Made by a program: the position numbers and the translations under genes. A stretch of DNA of 62,970 nt, the filler included, from Octopus bimaculoides (lineage: Eukaryota), in assembly GCF_001194135.2 (NCBI RefSeq). It is 4 parts of 4 records of this genome, joined end to end, with 100 filler letters (N's around TTAATTAATTAA, not from the genome) between each part and the next. Parts side by side here need not be neighbours in the genome. Positions count along the whole stretch, not along the records: positions 1 to 27,715 come from NC_068982.1; 3 more parts are not named here. One strand, 5' to 3'. This document shows, one piece after another, positions 12,342 to 24,960 of this stretch (the first letter of the stretch is position 1; each line of letters opens with the position of its first letter). The notes beneath the pieces are model-generated. The model was not told the DNA's origin, made no database searches, and was given only the letters and a program-made list of their open reading frames with translations.

Positions 12342-12826
12342 CGGTGGTGGGGGGTGATGGTGGTTACAGTGGTAGTGGTGGGAATGGGTTGTAGTGGGGT
12401 AGAGGGTAGTGGGGAGGGTAGTAGTAGTAGTAGTAGTAGTAGTTGTTGTTGTTGTTGGAGGAGTTTTTTTCACTCTCGATTTAACAACAGAAATTTTGTT
12501 TAACAAACGAAACATTAAAGTGATTAGTTTTGGCAGGATATAGAAAACAGCCAATCAAATGGCATAGGGTGTGTGTGTGTGTGTGTGTGTGTGTTTTTGT
12601 ATATGTGTATGTGCATGATTGCATCTGTGCATATGGGTAATTGCATTTCATTTTATATCCGCTTTCTGTTTTGGCAAATGTTGGACAATTCAACACTTCA
12701 AATAAACACATACACAGATGAGTGAGTATGTGCGATTATGTATGTGCATGTGAGTATTTGTTTGATTATATGTGTATATGCAGGGTATATGTATATGTAT
12801 GTATTTAAGTGTAAATGTGTGCTTGT

Positions 12827-12866
<40 letters not shown>

Positions 12867-12996
12867 ACGCGTGTGTGCATATGATATATGCATGAGTCTT
12901 GAGTATGAGTGAGTGTAATTTTGTATGTAAGTGTATATAAGTAAGAATGCTTATGTGAATGTATTTTCCTATATGTGTGTAAATATTTCTTTGATT

Positions 12997-13135
12997 CATC
13001 ATCAACAGCATCATTTAACACCCCCTTTTCCATGCTTGCATCAGTCAGGTGTATTTGTTGAGACAGATTTTCTATGATCGGTTGCTCTTCCTGTTGCCAC
13101 CTCTCACCGGTTTCCAAGCAAGGTAATATTTCCTT
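12997..13135 (-). mobile_element. Variant RTE-like tail (second subfamily)
   Basis: catcatttaacacccccttttccatgcttgcat...aaggtaatatttcc, similar to 56810-56960. Confidence 0.6.
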
Positions 13136-13499
13136 AAGGCCCTTTTCAAATACGCACTCATATCATTGCCAATCACTTTCCTTCCAACACCACTCCTTCA
13201 TGACCTTAATTTGTTCCCATCAACCTCTTGTTCCTTCCACCCTTCCACCTATTCTGATCCTTTTGAAGTCATTTTTATTTCTCTTATTTCTTTCCAATTC
13301 CCCTTCTCAGTCACCTGAACAAATTACTCATCCAAGTTTATTGAGTACTCTCTTCACCTACCTTTACACCAATATCCTCCACAGCTCATATTCATTTCTG
13401 TCATTATCTGCACACTTGTTGTCATTGTTTGCTCTACAAGTTTACATTCACTGTAAACATTCTGTTCCTACCTCACCTGAGACTATTCCATCTCTCTAG

Positions 13500-15095
13500 T
13501 ATTGGTGCTTCGAGAAAATGCATCCAGTACTCTGTAACACAGTCAACATTTGGAAGGGCATCCTGCCAATGAAATCAAGAAACAAATGTCAGATGTGGTA
13601 CCTGGTCTTTAGAAGCAGTATCTCTCAATGGAAGGCAACATGGATCACAACAACCTCTCCAACCCATGCTGTATTTTACAATAGGCTGTGTTTGCATTCA
13701 TTTGCAGTGAAGGTGTTACCTTCGTATCTTGAATCCTTTTTAAAGGACTTAACTTCTTACTTTTCTCAAAGTGGCAAACGTCAAAATGACTTCAATAAGA
13801 TACAAAGTGTTGTTGGCATAAAAGAAAACAAGATTCCAAAGCTTTCACAAACTAGATGGTTGTCATGTGAAAATGTAATTGACGTTATAATAGAACAGTG
13901 GGATGCCCTTGTACTTTATTTTCAGTCTGAAGATAAAATAGAACAAGTGGACGGAGCAAAAAGAATCTATGAAACAATGATTAACAAAGGGACCAAGCAC
14001 ATGCTGCTCTTCTTACACTATATATTAAAGAAAGTAAATGCTCTTAATGTCGAGTTTCAATTGGAACACTTTCGATTGCATCTGTTGCATATACTCGTTT
14101 CCAGTGAATATAAAAATATCCTTGGTTGCTTTATAAAAGAAGATGTTTTAGCTGTATCTAAATTATCAGATATTGATCTTAATAACACAACAAATCTCAA
14201 AGATACGAGTAATATTTACCTCAGTGGACGCATAATGAGATATCTAGAACCAAACCCCATCGTTGGTGACTCAGCTAGATTCATAACTGATTGCAAACAT
14301 TTTTAATAGAATTATGCTTTCAAATAAAAATGCGCTTTCCTGTCGATGAAGCTGGAGTGCTTGCCCTCTTAGAATTGCTTGATCCAAAAGTAGCGTGTGA
14401 TCTCACTAACTCTCCTCAGTCAGTAATTTCCTTGGCGTCAAACTTTCCAGCAATTGCACCAGAAAACACTTGATGAACTAGCCAATGAGTGGAGATCATT
14501 TCGGCAATATAAAAATATTCCTGTTTCCTCAAAGAGCATCCCTGAACTCTGGCATTCCATGAACAATCTTAAAGATGGACTTGACCACTCTAAATTTGAG
14601 AGGTTGTCACAATTCATGACTAATTTAACAGTGTTACCTCATTCATCACCGTGCAAGGAACACATATTTTTCCAAGTAAATTGCACAAAGACAAAGTTCA
14701 CTAACAGGTTGAAGGCTGAAACGATCACTGATGATCGTCTTCTCACTAAAGAAACAATTACAAGAAAGGGAGCGTCATGCATTTCTTGGGAGCCGAGCGC
14801 TAAACTTATTAAAGATGTAGTGCATGGGTTTTGTCACCGTAGATATACGAGTAGATTGAACTCCAAAAAGGAAGGGGTGAATGAAGACGATATGGATATG
14901 TACGAAATTGACAATTAATTGTCATATGATATAAAGTAAGTATCAAATTTTGTATTCATTTTGTCATGTAACATATTTTATCATTAAATTACAAATTACG
15001 CACCTGTTTTCTAACATCTGGGTTTATAAAATAGGATTTGGGTTTTTTGCAGCAAGTAATCTGGGTGTTTTATTACTTGATGAGTGGCAGCGCTG
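13500..15095 (+). mobile_element. hAT DNA transposon, 5'-truncated, with right TIR
   Basis: Right terminus GTGGCAGCGCTG (15084-15095; reverse complement CAGCGCTGCCAC) with subterminal ctggg/ttggg motifs; encloses a transposase remnant. Confidence 0.75.
13518..14918 (+). pseudogene. hAT transposase pseudogene (frameshifted)
   Basis: SYFSQSGKRQ..F..IQ...IPKLSQTRWLS (RW motif) and C-terminal dimerisation-like VLPHSSPCKEHIFFQVNCTKTKFTNRL, spread over three overlapping ORFs. Confidence 0.85.
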
Positions 15096-16849
15096 CTAGA
15101 AACGTATCATAGAAAATCTGTGTGACAAGCGAGTCGTGAGGTAGGTATTTAAAAATCGTTTGTCCGACGCATTTTGATTATCCAATGGTGAGTCGAAAGT
15201 TAATAATTATTTATTAATTAATAAATAATTATATATATGTCATCTAAAAGTCCATAAGTCAGGAAAAGATGCTCTAATATATCTGTAGTGGAATCACCAG
15301 AATGTAGTGTGTTTTTATTGAGTGTCGGTGCGATAGGCATGTGTTTGCCTGAGAAATGACAAAGTGGTAACTGATTCAATTATAACATTTTTATTAGCTG
15401 GAGTTAATAAATATTAATAGCCACTACATTCAATTTTAACAACTTGTTTCGAGTTGCTAGACAAATGATGGAACCAGGATATGTTCGTGTGTGTGTGTGT
15501 GTGTTCGTTCTCTCATCTTGCTTGGCCGGAGGAAAATCTCTGTCTCACATTAGCAGAGGTCTCATAGTAGCAGTCTCCCTGTCTGTCTGTCCCTGTGTGT
15601 CCTGACGTCTTGCTGACCACTNNNNNNNNNNNNNNNNNNNNNNNNNNNNNNNNNNNNNNNNNNNNNNNNNNNNNNNNNNNNNNNNNNNNNNNNNNNNNNN
15701 NNNNNNNNNNNNNNNNNNNNNNNNNNNNNNNNNNNNNNNNNNNNNNNNNNNNNNNNNNNNNNNNNNNNNNNNNNNNNNNNNNNNNNNNNNNNNNNNNNNN
15801 NNNNNNNNNNNNNNNNNNNNNNNNNNNNNNNNNNNNNNNNNNNNNNNNNNNNNNNNNNNNNNNNNNNNNNNNNNNNNNNNNNNNNNNNNNNNNNNNNNNN
15901 NNNNNNNNNNNNNNNNNNNNNNNNNNNNNNNNNNNNNNNNNNNNNNNNNNNNNNNNNNNNNNNNNNNNNNNNNNNNNNNNNNNNNNNNNNNNNNNNNNNN
16001 NNNNNNNNNNNNNNNNNNNNNNNNNNNNNNNNNNNNNNNNNNNNNNNNNNNNNNNNNNNNNNNNNNNNNNNNNNNNNNNNNNNNNNNNNNNNNNNNNNNN
16101 NNNNNNNNNNNNNNNNNNNNNNNNNNNNNNNNNNNNNNNNNNNNNNNNNNNNNNNNNNNNNNNNNNNNNNNNNNNNNNNNNNNNNNNNNNNNNNNNNNNN
16201 NNNNNNNNNNNNNNNNNNNNNNNNNNNNNNNNNNNNNNNNNNNNNNNNNNNNNNNNNNNNNNNNNNNNNNNNNNNNNNNNNNNNNNNNNNNNNNNNNNNN
16301 NNNNNNNNNNNNNNNNNNNNNNNNNNNNNNNNNNNNNNNNNNNNNNNNNNNNNNNNNNNNNNNNNNNNNNNNNNNNNNNNNNNNNNNNNNNNNNNNNNNN
16401 NNNNNNNNNNNNNNNNNNNNNNNNNNNNNNNNNNNNNNNNNNNNNNNNNNNNNNNNNNNNNNNNNNNNNNNNNNNNNNNNNNNNNNNNNNNNNNNNNNNN
16501 NNNNNNNNNNNNNNNNNNNNNNNNNNNNNNNNNNNNNNNNNNNNNNNNNNNNNNNNNNNGTATCACTCACATACACAATTTTCTTTGTACGAAGGCCTGT
16601 CTTTGATTATGTTCTTATATGTCGCATTCACACTCTCACACAGACATACATCTTTAACGCTACAATAAATATTTCTGTTATTCATCTTATACGGTTGTGG
16701 TCTTTCATTACTGGTCATCTATGTTATCGTCGTATAACATATCATGTATATCATCTTTGATATATATATTTTATGTGTTCGACCGTGTGACGCGTTTAAA
16801 TAAAAGGAGTCCTCTGTTTTTCCATTCGTCACCATTTCTCCTTTTATGA

Positions 16850-17097
16850 GTTCGCACGGTCGTTCCTTACAATTGGTGACCCCCGACGTTGATTCGTTCA
16901 TGCAGCCCTTCTGATTTGTACAGCCTATGTGATCCTGTTCGCACGGTCGTTCCTTACAATTGGTGACCCCCGACGTTGATTCGTTCATGCAACCCTTCTG
17001 ATCTGTACAACCTATGTGATCCTGTTCACACGGTCGTTCCTTACAATTGGTGACCCCGACGTGATTCGTTCATACAGCCCTTCTGATCTGTACAGCC
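16850..17097 (+). repeat. 87-bp tandem repeat x3 spanning LTR end, PBS and leader
   Basis: PBS starts at 16874, 16961 and 17048. Confidence 0.9.
17048..17065 (+). promoter_or_regulatory. tRNA-Trp primer-binding site
   Basis: TGGTGACCCCGACGTGAT is complementary to the 3' 18 nt of eukaryotic tRNA-Trp(CCA); imperfect copies at 16874-16893 and 16961-16980. Confidence 0.85.
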
Positions 17098-18558
17098 CAA
17101 CGTGAAAAGTTCACATAACTTTTCCAAAAATGGTGACTAAATGCCAGTAATAGACCAACCGTTCTTTCAGTCTTTTTCACTACAATTTTTTTTCTTATTT
17201 CGTCTGTTTGTCTTCGACAAACCGACTGGTGCGAGGCTAGTGTAGTGAAACTACCTACCGCCATTAGATACAAAACTGCTATCGCCATTCTTCTCATTTA
17301 AATATAAACAAACGCGAACGTAGGGGAAAACNNNNNNNNNNNNNNNNNNNNNNNNNNNNNNNNNNNNNNNNNNNNNNNNNNNNNNNNNNNNNNNNNNNNN
17401 NNNNNNNNNNNNNNNNNNNNNNNNNNNNNNNNNNNNNNNNNNNNNNNNNNNNNNNNNNNNNNNNNNNNNNNNNNNNNNNNNNNNNNNNNNNNNNNNNNNN
17501 NNNNNNNNNNNNNNNNNNNNNNNNNNNNNNNNNNNNNNNNNNNNNNNNNNNNNNNNNNNNNNNNNNNNNNNNNNNNNNNNNNNNNNNNNNNNNNNNNNNN
17601 NNNNNNNNNNNNNNNNNNNNNNNNNNNNNNNNNNNNNNNNNNNNNNNNNNNNNNNNNNNNNNNNNNNNNNNNNNNNNNNNNNNNNNNNNNNNNNNNNNNN
17701 NNNNNNNNNNNNNNNNNNNNNNNNNNNNNNNNNNNNNNNNNNNNNNNNNNNNNNNNNNNNNNNNNNNNNNNNNNNNNNNNNNNNNNNNNNNNNNNNNNNN
17801 NNNNNNNNNNNNNNNNNNNNNNNNNNNNNNNNNNNNNNNNNNNNNNNNNNNNNNNNNNNNNNNNNNNNNNNNNNNNNNNNNNNNNNNNNNNNNNNNNNNN
17901 NTAAATAAACAGACAAGAGTTCTCAGCCAGCGACGAACATCTGTATAACAAGAATCACGGCCCGGCATCGATGCCACGACATCACAACTAGTGATCAGCT
18001 CTGCCACACTCAGCCAACTCACTTCACATACAGATTCATATTATTGTGTACCCAAGAACTGGTATAATTGCTCACGTGTTATTGACTCTCTTTCTATTTG
18101 CTGTAATATTTCACATACACATACATGTATCACTCACATACACACTTTTCTTTGTATGACGGCCTGTCTTTGATTATGTTCTTATATGTCGCATTCACAC
18201 TCTCACACAGACATACATCTTTAACGCTACAATAAATATTTCTGTTATTCATCTTATACGGTTGTGATCTTTCATTGCTGGTCATCTATGTTATCGTCGT
18301 ATAACATATCACGTATATCATTATTGATATATATATTTTTGTGTTCGACCGTGTGACGCGTTTAAATAAAAGGAGTCCTCTGTTTTTCCATCCGTCACCA
18401 TTTCTCCTTTTTGAGTTCGCACGGTCGTTCCTTACATATCTGTCAAAAGAGGGGGTATATCTATTACCTAACATTCCATCGTACCCCTAGTTCAAGACTG
18501 ATTGGTAAGATCAGCCATGATGGATATATAATACTGTACACTTTTGGGTAATATATAT

Positions 18559-20079
18559 ATCAACTGAACTACAAAAGAAACATCACACTGTAAAAGATTA
18601 TTTGTTTCACACATGATATTGAGATTATATGGATTTTATCACATTTCTAGATTATTTAACATCAGGAAGATGTCACTGACCCACAACACCACTCTCTTTT
18701 GAAAACACAAGGATTGCATGTAGGATTTGAACTTGCCCACTTTTCATGAACATGGTAATGCTCACGAACGCATCTTTATGTAAAGTATGATGCACATGCC
18801 AAACGTTGACTCATTGGGTATAAAAGGCACCCAAATTTACCAGCCTGCCATTCATTTCCTGAATGCAGCAAGCATCCCAAGACTAACATGAAATCAGAGG
18901 GGGCAAGCCATTGGACGTCTCCATGCTGGTCAACATCCATGGGTCATTGCTAATGACTTGAACTGCAGTATTCAGACAACTGAGCAGCTGAGGGAATGAT
19001 ACAATGCCACAAACAGCACACATGTAACACTCAATCACAGTGGCCAACTGAGGGTTACAACATCACATCAAGATCACCACCTGCACCGACAGCATTTGCA
19101 TGACCGATTCTAGAGGGCAATGGAATCAGCTAGGCAGACCATAGGGACTCGCCACAGACCCATTTGTGCAGAGAGAGTTCACTGTAGGCTGAAATCTTTT
19201 AATCTGTCTTGTCAACGTCTGGCTGGGAGCCTCATCTCAGAGATCATCATCAACGGGCACATCTGCAGTGGGCTCAAAAACGTCAGAACTGGTAATATCA
19301 GCAGTGGAGGACTGTAGTCTTCTCTGACAAAAAGTTGATATTGCATTTTTGTGGCAAAGCTAGGGTTTAGAGAAGAAGGGGTGAATGGCATGCCAATGGC
19401 TGTGTTGTGGAGAGAGACTCACAGGGAGGACAGAGCATCATGGTATGGGGTGGGATTGCACTCAGCCAGAAACTTGGACCACTGGTCTTTCAAAACATTG
19501 GCCAAGGTTAGGGCTATGGAGTAACCGCTGCTCGCTATATTGTGTCATACTTTGCTCATCATCAGAATCACATGTTCCAACATGACAACACCTGTCCTCA
19601 TACTGTCAGGTTGACAACGGACTTCTTTCAGCAGCACAACATCCAGACACTGTCATGGCCAGCCCTAAGTCTGGACTTGAATCCCCTAAAGCACCTGTGG
19701 GATGAAATCTAAAGAAGGCAAAATGACATCTGTCCAAGGCCAACAACTGCAACACAACTCACTGCAAGTTTTAACAGAATATGGGCTGCTATTCTCATGG
19801 CCTTCATCAATCTTTGGTGCATTCACTGTATAGAAGATGCCTGGCAGTAATCAATGATAATGGTGGTCACATGAGATATTGAGTTCATCTCTTTGGATCC
19901 AGGACACTCCATCGTGATGTGACATCATGTGACGTCAAACATGTTTCAAGAAATGATGTTTTATTACTAAGAAAGAACAGTTTCTTAATTAGCACTCTTC
20001 AATCAATGTTATGGCAGTCTGTTAAGAAACCGGTTTCTATTTAGTATGTGTGCAGCATTTCTTTTGTGGCTCAGTTTAT
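18559..20079 (+). mobile_element. Full-length decayed Tc1-like transposon
   Basis: TIRs atcaactgaactacaaaagaaa and tttcttttgtggctcagtttat in TA context; about 1.5 kb. Confidence 0.85.
18874..19882 (+). pseudogene. Tc1 DD34E transposase pseudogene
   Basis: PRLT*NQRGQAIGRL (HTH), SGQLRVTT, WRTVVFSD, SIMVWGGI, FQHDN, WPALSLDLNPLKHLWD, NGGHMRY*; several stops and frameshifts; catalytic E appears as K. Confidence 0.9.
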
Positions 20080-21833
20080 GTGTGTGTGTGTGTGTGTGTG
20101 TACGCGTGCGCGTGTCTGTCTATATTCCTTTTCACTTTTGTATCTCAATGTTGTGCTGTTATTCTCATGGTCTTAAATTAACTTAATAGCCTTAAGGTAT
20201 TTGGAAATCACAATGCTGACCTAAGTGCCTATTGTTTCATTTAATGAGATAGAAATTCTTCTATAACATTCAATAATGGTCACATGCAATGACTGCAATT
20301 TAGTTTTACTTAATGTTCACATAACCTTTTTATTCAATGATGATCACATGTCTTAGAGCATACAATTCATTGTATCTCTGCTTTGATTACATTTAATGAA
20401 ATCTTTTCTAATACAAATATTATTCTTGCCCTCAAATTCTGCCAAGGTTTCCATCTACTAAATTCACCCAGAAAGCATTGATCAATCCAGCACTATAGTA
20501 CAAGGCACTTAGTCCAAGTGTTGCACAGTAGGACTGAACTTAAAACTATGTTGTAACAAAGGAAACTTCTTGACCATATGGCTATGCCTGCTGAAAAAGA
20601 AATAGTAGTCAGAAGTTGATACATCAGGAAAATATGATCAATAAATTAAAGTTCTATAATCCAAGCTTTTGTAGAGTCATTTTGGCATTTCACTGGCCAA
20701 AATTTTTCCTTTCCAATGTTAAACACTATTCATTTATTATGCAATTTTCCAAGTATCTCTCCTACTTTTTTTACAATAAACATTTACAGAGATGATTCTA
20801 ATCTCGGCAAGAAAAATAAATGAATCCTACAAGTTGTAGGTATTCCTGCTGTAAATATACACTTGGCTTTAAGTGACTGAGTATTCCACAGACATGTGTT
20901 CTAAATGTAATTTTCAGATAGAATTACATTTTGTTGACCTTTGCAAAATTTGGAGATAAGATTAAATAATATTTATATAAGAAGAGACGTTATTTAATGT
21001 AATCACACTGTTGTAGCAGTGATTCAAAACTTCAACCACTAACAAGCCACCACAGTTTCACATGATTGGTCTATTAATCAACCAATCAGCATGTGGCTGT
21101 GGCATGATATGGTTTTCTCAAATGTTCAAGAATGTTCTTTCTTGTACCCTATGAAAGACCATTTTACCACTCATTTGCAGAGTGTTGAAAATGGCTGCCT
21201 GACTTATGTGCCTCCACTTTTGCCATCAGACAGTCCCAGACATTTGTGCAGATATTTCCATGTTCTGAGATAGACGTATTCTGAACATTCAGTCAATGTC
21301 TCATAAATAACTTCTATAGATACAGTGCAGTTTTTCTCTGTGTCTCAGTCAGCAAACATTTATGTTGTTCATTGTAAAAAGCCAACACCATTACCTTTGT
21401 CTGGCAATAAATATTTCAGTTAAATGTTTGTGAGTGTGCTTCAGCTATTATTCATTCACACAGCCAATGAAATATATCGCAATTTACCAGCTCCACATTG
21501 CATCAACCAAGCCATATTTGTGATGGTGTAATGCAGCTACTGTCGATCTAATGGGTTTCTACATAGTTTCCATCTTCCTGATTACGTTCACAAAGCACTG
21601 TGTAACATATGGCTATAAAAGATATAGTGCTATGGGATTGAACTCTAGACTTGTGATTGAGGAGTGAACTTCTTAACCATTTGGTATTACTGTCTCTACA
21701 TATGAAATATATACTTTACTCAAATAAAAATATTTATTATTGGCACGAATGTCAGCACTAAAGTACCAGCATTGAGACTTTATATTTTACTTTATATGTG
21801 ACGTACACACATACATATATGTATGTGTGCATG

Positions 21834-21890
<57 letters not shown>

Positions 21891-21927
21891 GTCTGGCTGT
21901 CTGTCTGTCTCTCTGTCTGTCTGTCTG

Positions 21928-22020
<93 letters not shown>

Positions 22021-22021
<1 letters not shown>

Positions 22022-23327
22022 GTAAGTTATAGGAAGTAGGAAGACAGACAAATCACAAATCCCTTCAGGTAGATGGCCCTGCTCAATCTGCAGAAAAAGT
22101 GTAGGTAGAAACTCCATAAGATGCACCCAGTGTAAGCTTTGGACACATAAAAGGTGCAACATCAGAGGAAGGTTAACAGGGAAACTAACTTTTGTATGTG
22201 AAAGGTGCACAGGTACAATAGACATTGAAAATGCACAGAAAATTGACTCCATCAACTACCAGGGGCAAGCTAGAGGTAGTAGATAGCTTCCGTTATCTAG
22301 GTAACCAAGTTAGTAGTGGAGAGAGTGTAGCTGTGAGAATAAGATTAGGCTGGGCAAAGTTCAGAGAGCTCCTACCCCTACTGCAGCAAAGGGCCTCTCT
22401 ATCAGAGTGNNNNNNNNNNCTACTGCAGCAAAGGGCCTCTCTATCAGAGTGAAAGGCAGATTGTTTGATGCCTGTATGCAAACAGCTATGCTGCATGGCA
22501 ATGAAACATAGGCTATGACAGCTGAGGACATGTATAGGCTTAAAAGAAATGAAGCCTTTATGCTTCACTGGATGTGCATGTTCAACAGAGTGTAAGTATA
22601 TTAAGAGAAAAGTTGGGCATAAGAGGAATCAGATGTGGCGTACAAGAGAGACGACTGTATTGGTTTGGTCATGTGATGCGTATGGATGAGGACAGCTGTG
22701 TAAAGAGAACCTGTGGTAGAGATAGACCCAGGAAGACATGGGACAAGATAGTGAAGCATGATCTTTGAACTTTGAACCTCACAAAGGCAATGACTGGTGA
22801 GTGATACTTTTGGTGATGTGCTGTGCTTGAGAGGAGCCATCAAGCCAAGTGCACCCATGCTGGTGGCATATAAAGAACATCTTTTGAACGTTGGGCTTCA
22901 CACAGGTAAACTGGCTGAGTTCCTTTCGAGCGTTGGGCCTCACGGAGGTAAAGTGGCTGAGTTGCTTTTGAGTGTTGGGCCTTACTGAAGCAATGACCAA
23001 GACCTTTGGCATTATGTCATGCTTGAGAAGAAGACCCATCAAGTTGAACAAAATTGCACTCGTGGCAGATGCTGGTGTCATGCAAACTGGCACCTGTGCT
23101 GGTGGCACGTGAATGCACCTCAATATCAGGCAAATGGGCCATGCCAGTGGCCAGTAAAAGCACTCATTACACTCTTGGAGTGGTTGGCATTAGGAAGGGC
23201 TTTCAGCCATAGAAAACCATGCCAAATCAGACTGGAGTCTGGTGCAGCTTTCCAGCATGCCAGCCCATTCAAACTGTCCAACTCATGCCAGCATGGACGA
23301 CGGACGTTAAATGATGATGATGATGAT
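22021..23327 (+). mobile_element. RTE-clade LINE, 5'-truncated (RT C-terminal half, 3' UTR, (GAT)n tail)
   Basis: SFRYLGNQV..RIRLGWAKFRELLPLL..GRLFDAC..AMLHG.ET..RRLYWFGHVMRMDEDS..RPRKTW; tail gacggacgttaaat(gat)n. Confidence 0.9.
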
Positions 23328-23479
23328 ATCAGTATCATCATTTAACATCTGTCTTCCATGCTGGCATGGGTTGGACAGTTCATGTGAATTCATATGATTT
23401 AGAGAAGTTATTCCAAACATAAAAGCAAAATTGAGATCTTGAATTAAACTTATTATGTATCAAAGGCGATAAGATCCAT

Positions 23480-24190
23480 GCAAAAAAAGTGGAGGAATAC
23501 CACATGGTGTACTCAGTGCAATTATGGCTACACAAAGCTTAGTGCAATCAGAGACAGGATATTTCATAAGTGGTAGATGCATAGCAGCAATTAATCATAA
23601 GAGAACATATAAAATAAACTTCTTCAAATGGTTGAAAGACACCCTAGAAGTAATTGATGGCTTCTATTACCAAGATGATTTAATTAGCAGAGGAGGTGGA
23701 TGGTCTGAAAATATAATAACCAGAGTAATAATGAGATGGAAAAAGTTAAGGAAGCTCTTATCTCTGTTGGGAAAAAAGAGTTTCTCTCTCAGAATGCAAA
23801 GCAAATTGTATGATGTTTGAGTGTAAAGTGCAGTGCTGTATGATAGTGAAAGGTGGCCCTTCAATCCAGATTTACAAGGACTGGAAGGAAATAAGGCGAG
23901 CATGCTGAATGTGTATGGATAGTAGTATGAACACAGAATACAAATGGTCCGAAAGAGAAGCTGAAATGCAAAGAATGAGATATACTGTGCAAGAATAAAG
24001 ACTGTTGCTGTACAGGCATCTCATTTTAATGGAAGGTGTAAATTGTAAAAAGAAGTGCAGAGCACTCAATATGAACAGAATGTATGGCACAGAAAGACCA
24101 AGGAAAACAGAATGAAATGGTAGACTGATCTCAAGAAGCTGAATTTCATGAGTGAAATGACAAAATTTGGTGATGTGTAGCAACACATAG
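23480..24190 (+). pseudogene. Older RTE LINE RT fragment
   Basis: LEVIDGFYYQDDLISRGGGWSENIITRVIMRWKKLRKLLSLLGKKSFSLRMQSKLYDV, paralogous to the 22.3 kb region. Confidence 0.75.
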
Positions 24191-24429
24191 TACTGCAGAA
24201 AAACAGCCATACTTGTATGGTAAAAGTAATGGGTGGAGATGTGCATGTGTGTGTCTCTCTCTCTCTCATTACATTTATATTAAGTCCCTATCTACTGCCT
24301 TCAGTCTTTCTTCATTGCCCTCGCAACTGTCACAGGGTCCCCTATCATATTCATTGTACTGTATCACCTATGTAATTAGGGACTGCATAAGATCTATCTG
24401 TATTCAATTCACCACTAATATCTTGTTTC

Positions 24430-24960
24430 TTTATTGCTAACCACCACTCGCATTTTCTCTCGCATCATCTTCTCTCACACTTTCTCTTTTTCTCTTTCTC
24501 TCTCTCTCTTTCTCTTCCCTTTTCTCTCTTCGATTACTCCATCCCTATCATTTATTTTTGACATCCATCACTCCCTTTCTCTTACCATTATCCATTTATA
24601 TTGTTGTTCTCACCCATCTTTACTCACCTCTCTCTCTCACTCACTCTCTCTCCCCCTCTCCCTCCTTCCTCCTCTCTCCATACACCCACAAACACATTTC
24701 TTTGTCATCTACCAATCCTTACTGATATTCATCACTTTCTCTCTCCCCTCACTCTCTTTTATTTCCATTATTGCCTCTTATCACTCTCTCTTCTTCCTTC
24801 ACAGCACTCATGTTGTCTTTCTATACAGTCTCCTTACCAACTACCAACATATAGCTGTCTCACATTCTTTCTTTCATTACTGTTCCTCTATCACCTCAAT
24901 CTGTTTTCCTATCATTCTCTTAGCCTGGTTATCTCTGTTTTCACCACTCTTCTATTTATT
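24430..24960. repeat. Pyrimidine-rich (CT) low-complexity tract
   Basis: Read directly. Confidence 0.8.

Larger units (their letters stand above)
16560..18436 (+). mobile_element. LTR retroelement, probably Gypsy-like and non-autonomous; 5' end hidden in a gap
   Basis: 16560-16871 and about 18129-18436 are direct repeats (about 12 differences over about 310 bp by manual count) ending ...ccttaCA; the first is followed by a PBS, the second by unrelated flank. Confidence 0.85.

Noticed and set aside
15545-16668. Long ORFs of 200-350 aa (also 17251-18022 and 61111-62044)
   Set aside because: Composed almost entirely of X from N gaps.
16850-17097. Regularly spaced repeats superficially like a CRISPR array
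   Set aside because: The whole 87-bp unit repeats with no unique spacers; it is LTR end plus PBS in a eukaryotic context.
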